64,000 bases of DNA from Octopus sinensis. Taxonomy: Eukaryota. This document shows positions 63,515-64,000 of this stretch, piece by piece. The stretch is taken from the NCBI RefSeq assembly GCF_006345805.1, contig NC_042997.1, forward strand, positions 106,454,001 to 106,518,000, read 5' to 3'. Position numbers and translations under genes: made by a program. The notes under the pieces are model-generated. The model worked only from the letters and a program-made list of their open reading frames with translations. It was not told where the DNA came from and searched no databases. The first letter of the stretch is position 1. Every line of letters starts with the position of its first letter.

Positions 63515-64000
63515 TCATTATTCAGTTGTCTTATTTTTATCATGTGCTTTCACTGCACTACCGAGCGCAGCTCTGTGTGCCTTGGGTATGTGCTGTGGTT
63601 TGTTGCGATGATCCTATTTTTACTGTATTGAAAGTGTTTTACGTAGGATGTGTGCGATGCCTAGTAGTGCTATTTTCTGTATGTTTTGTATACTTGGTAG
63701 TCCTCGTTTTTGTTATGTATTTGTCTGAATATTTTTTTTAATCATACTTAATGCGCCTACCATGATAGGAATTGTTTCTGCTTTTAGACTCCACATTCGA
63801 GTTACCTCTATTTCCAGGTCTTTGTGTTTTGAAACTTTCTCCGTTTCTTTTAGAAACATTGTCATCTGTTGGTATTGATATATCGATTAGAAAGCATTTT
63901 GTCTTGCTGATCTCTGACAACTATATCCGACCTATTGGCCTTAATTTTTCTACCTGTGTGTATAGGCATATCCCATAGTGTGTTTGCTTTCTCATTTTCT
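63515..64000 (-). mobile_element. RLE-type LINE 3' end, running off the window
   Basis: RPDIVVR...CFLIDISIPTDDNVS; same family as 20722-21120. The 3' end is next to (ATT)n. Confidence 0.85.

Overview
Eukaryotic, AT-rich DNA dense in microsatellites ((AT)n, (CA)n, (TATG)n, (AAT)n). The repeat landscape is most consistent with a cephalopod (Octopus-like) genome; this is inference, not proven. The host content is a small Toll-like receptor cluster. TLR-A is on + (exons 6445-8687 and 10953-11193, 827 aa). TLR-B is on - (exons 40738-38502 and 27586-27349, 824 aa), convergent with TLR-A. A third, TLR-A-like terminal-exon remnant (~49490-49898, -) is cut off by a CR1-group LINE. Nearly everything else is transposon debris: RLE-type (R4/Dong-like) LINEs, RTE LINEs, Penelope-like elements, Helitrons, Tc1/mariner, a Ty3/Gypsy relic, several tRNA-derived SINE families and two MITEs with 8-bp target-site duplications. 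The most unusual signals are (i) a tRNA-headed SINE carrying a minimal hammerhead ribozyme (two HHR copies), (ii) a tRNA-Trp 3' half with CCA, starting exactly after G37 and fused to a Penelope-like element end, (iii) a ~0.7 kb near-identical tract between otherwise divergent TLR paralogs, and (iv) non-canonical TIR BB loops plus tiny uORFs in both TLRs. All alignments and counts were done by eye, and repeat boundaries are approximate.
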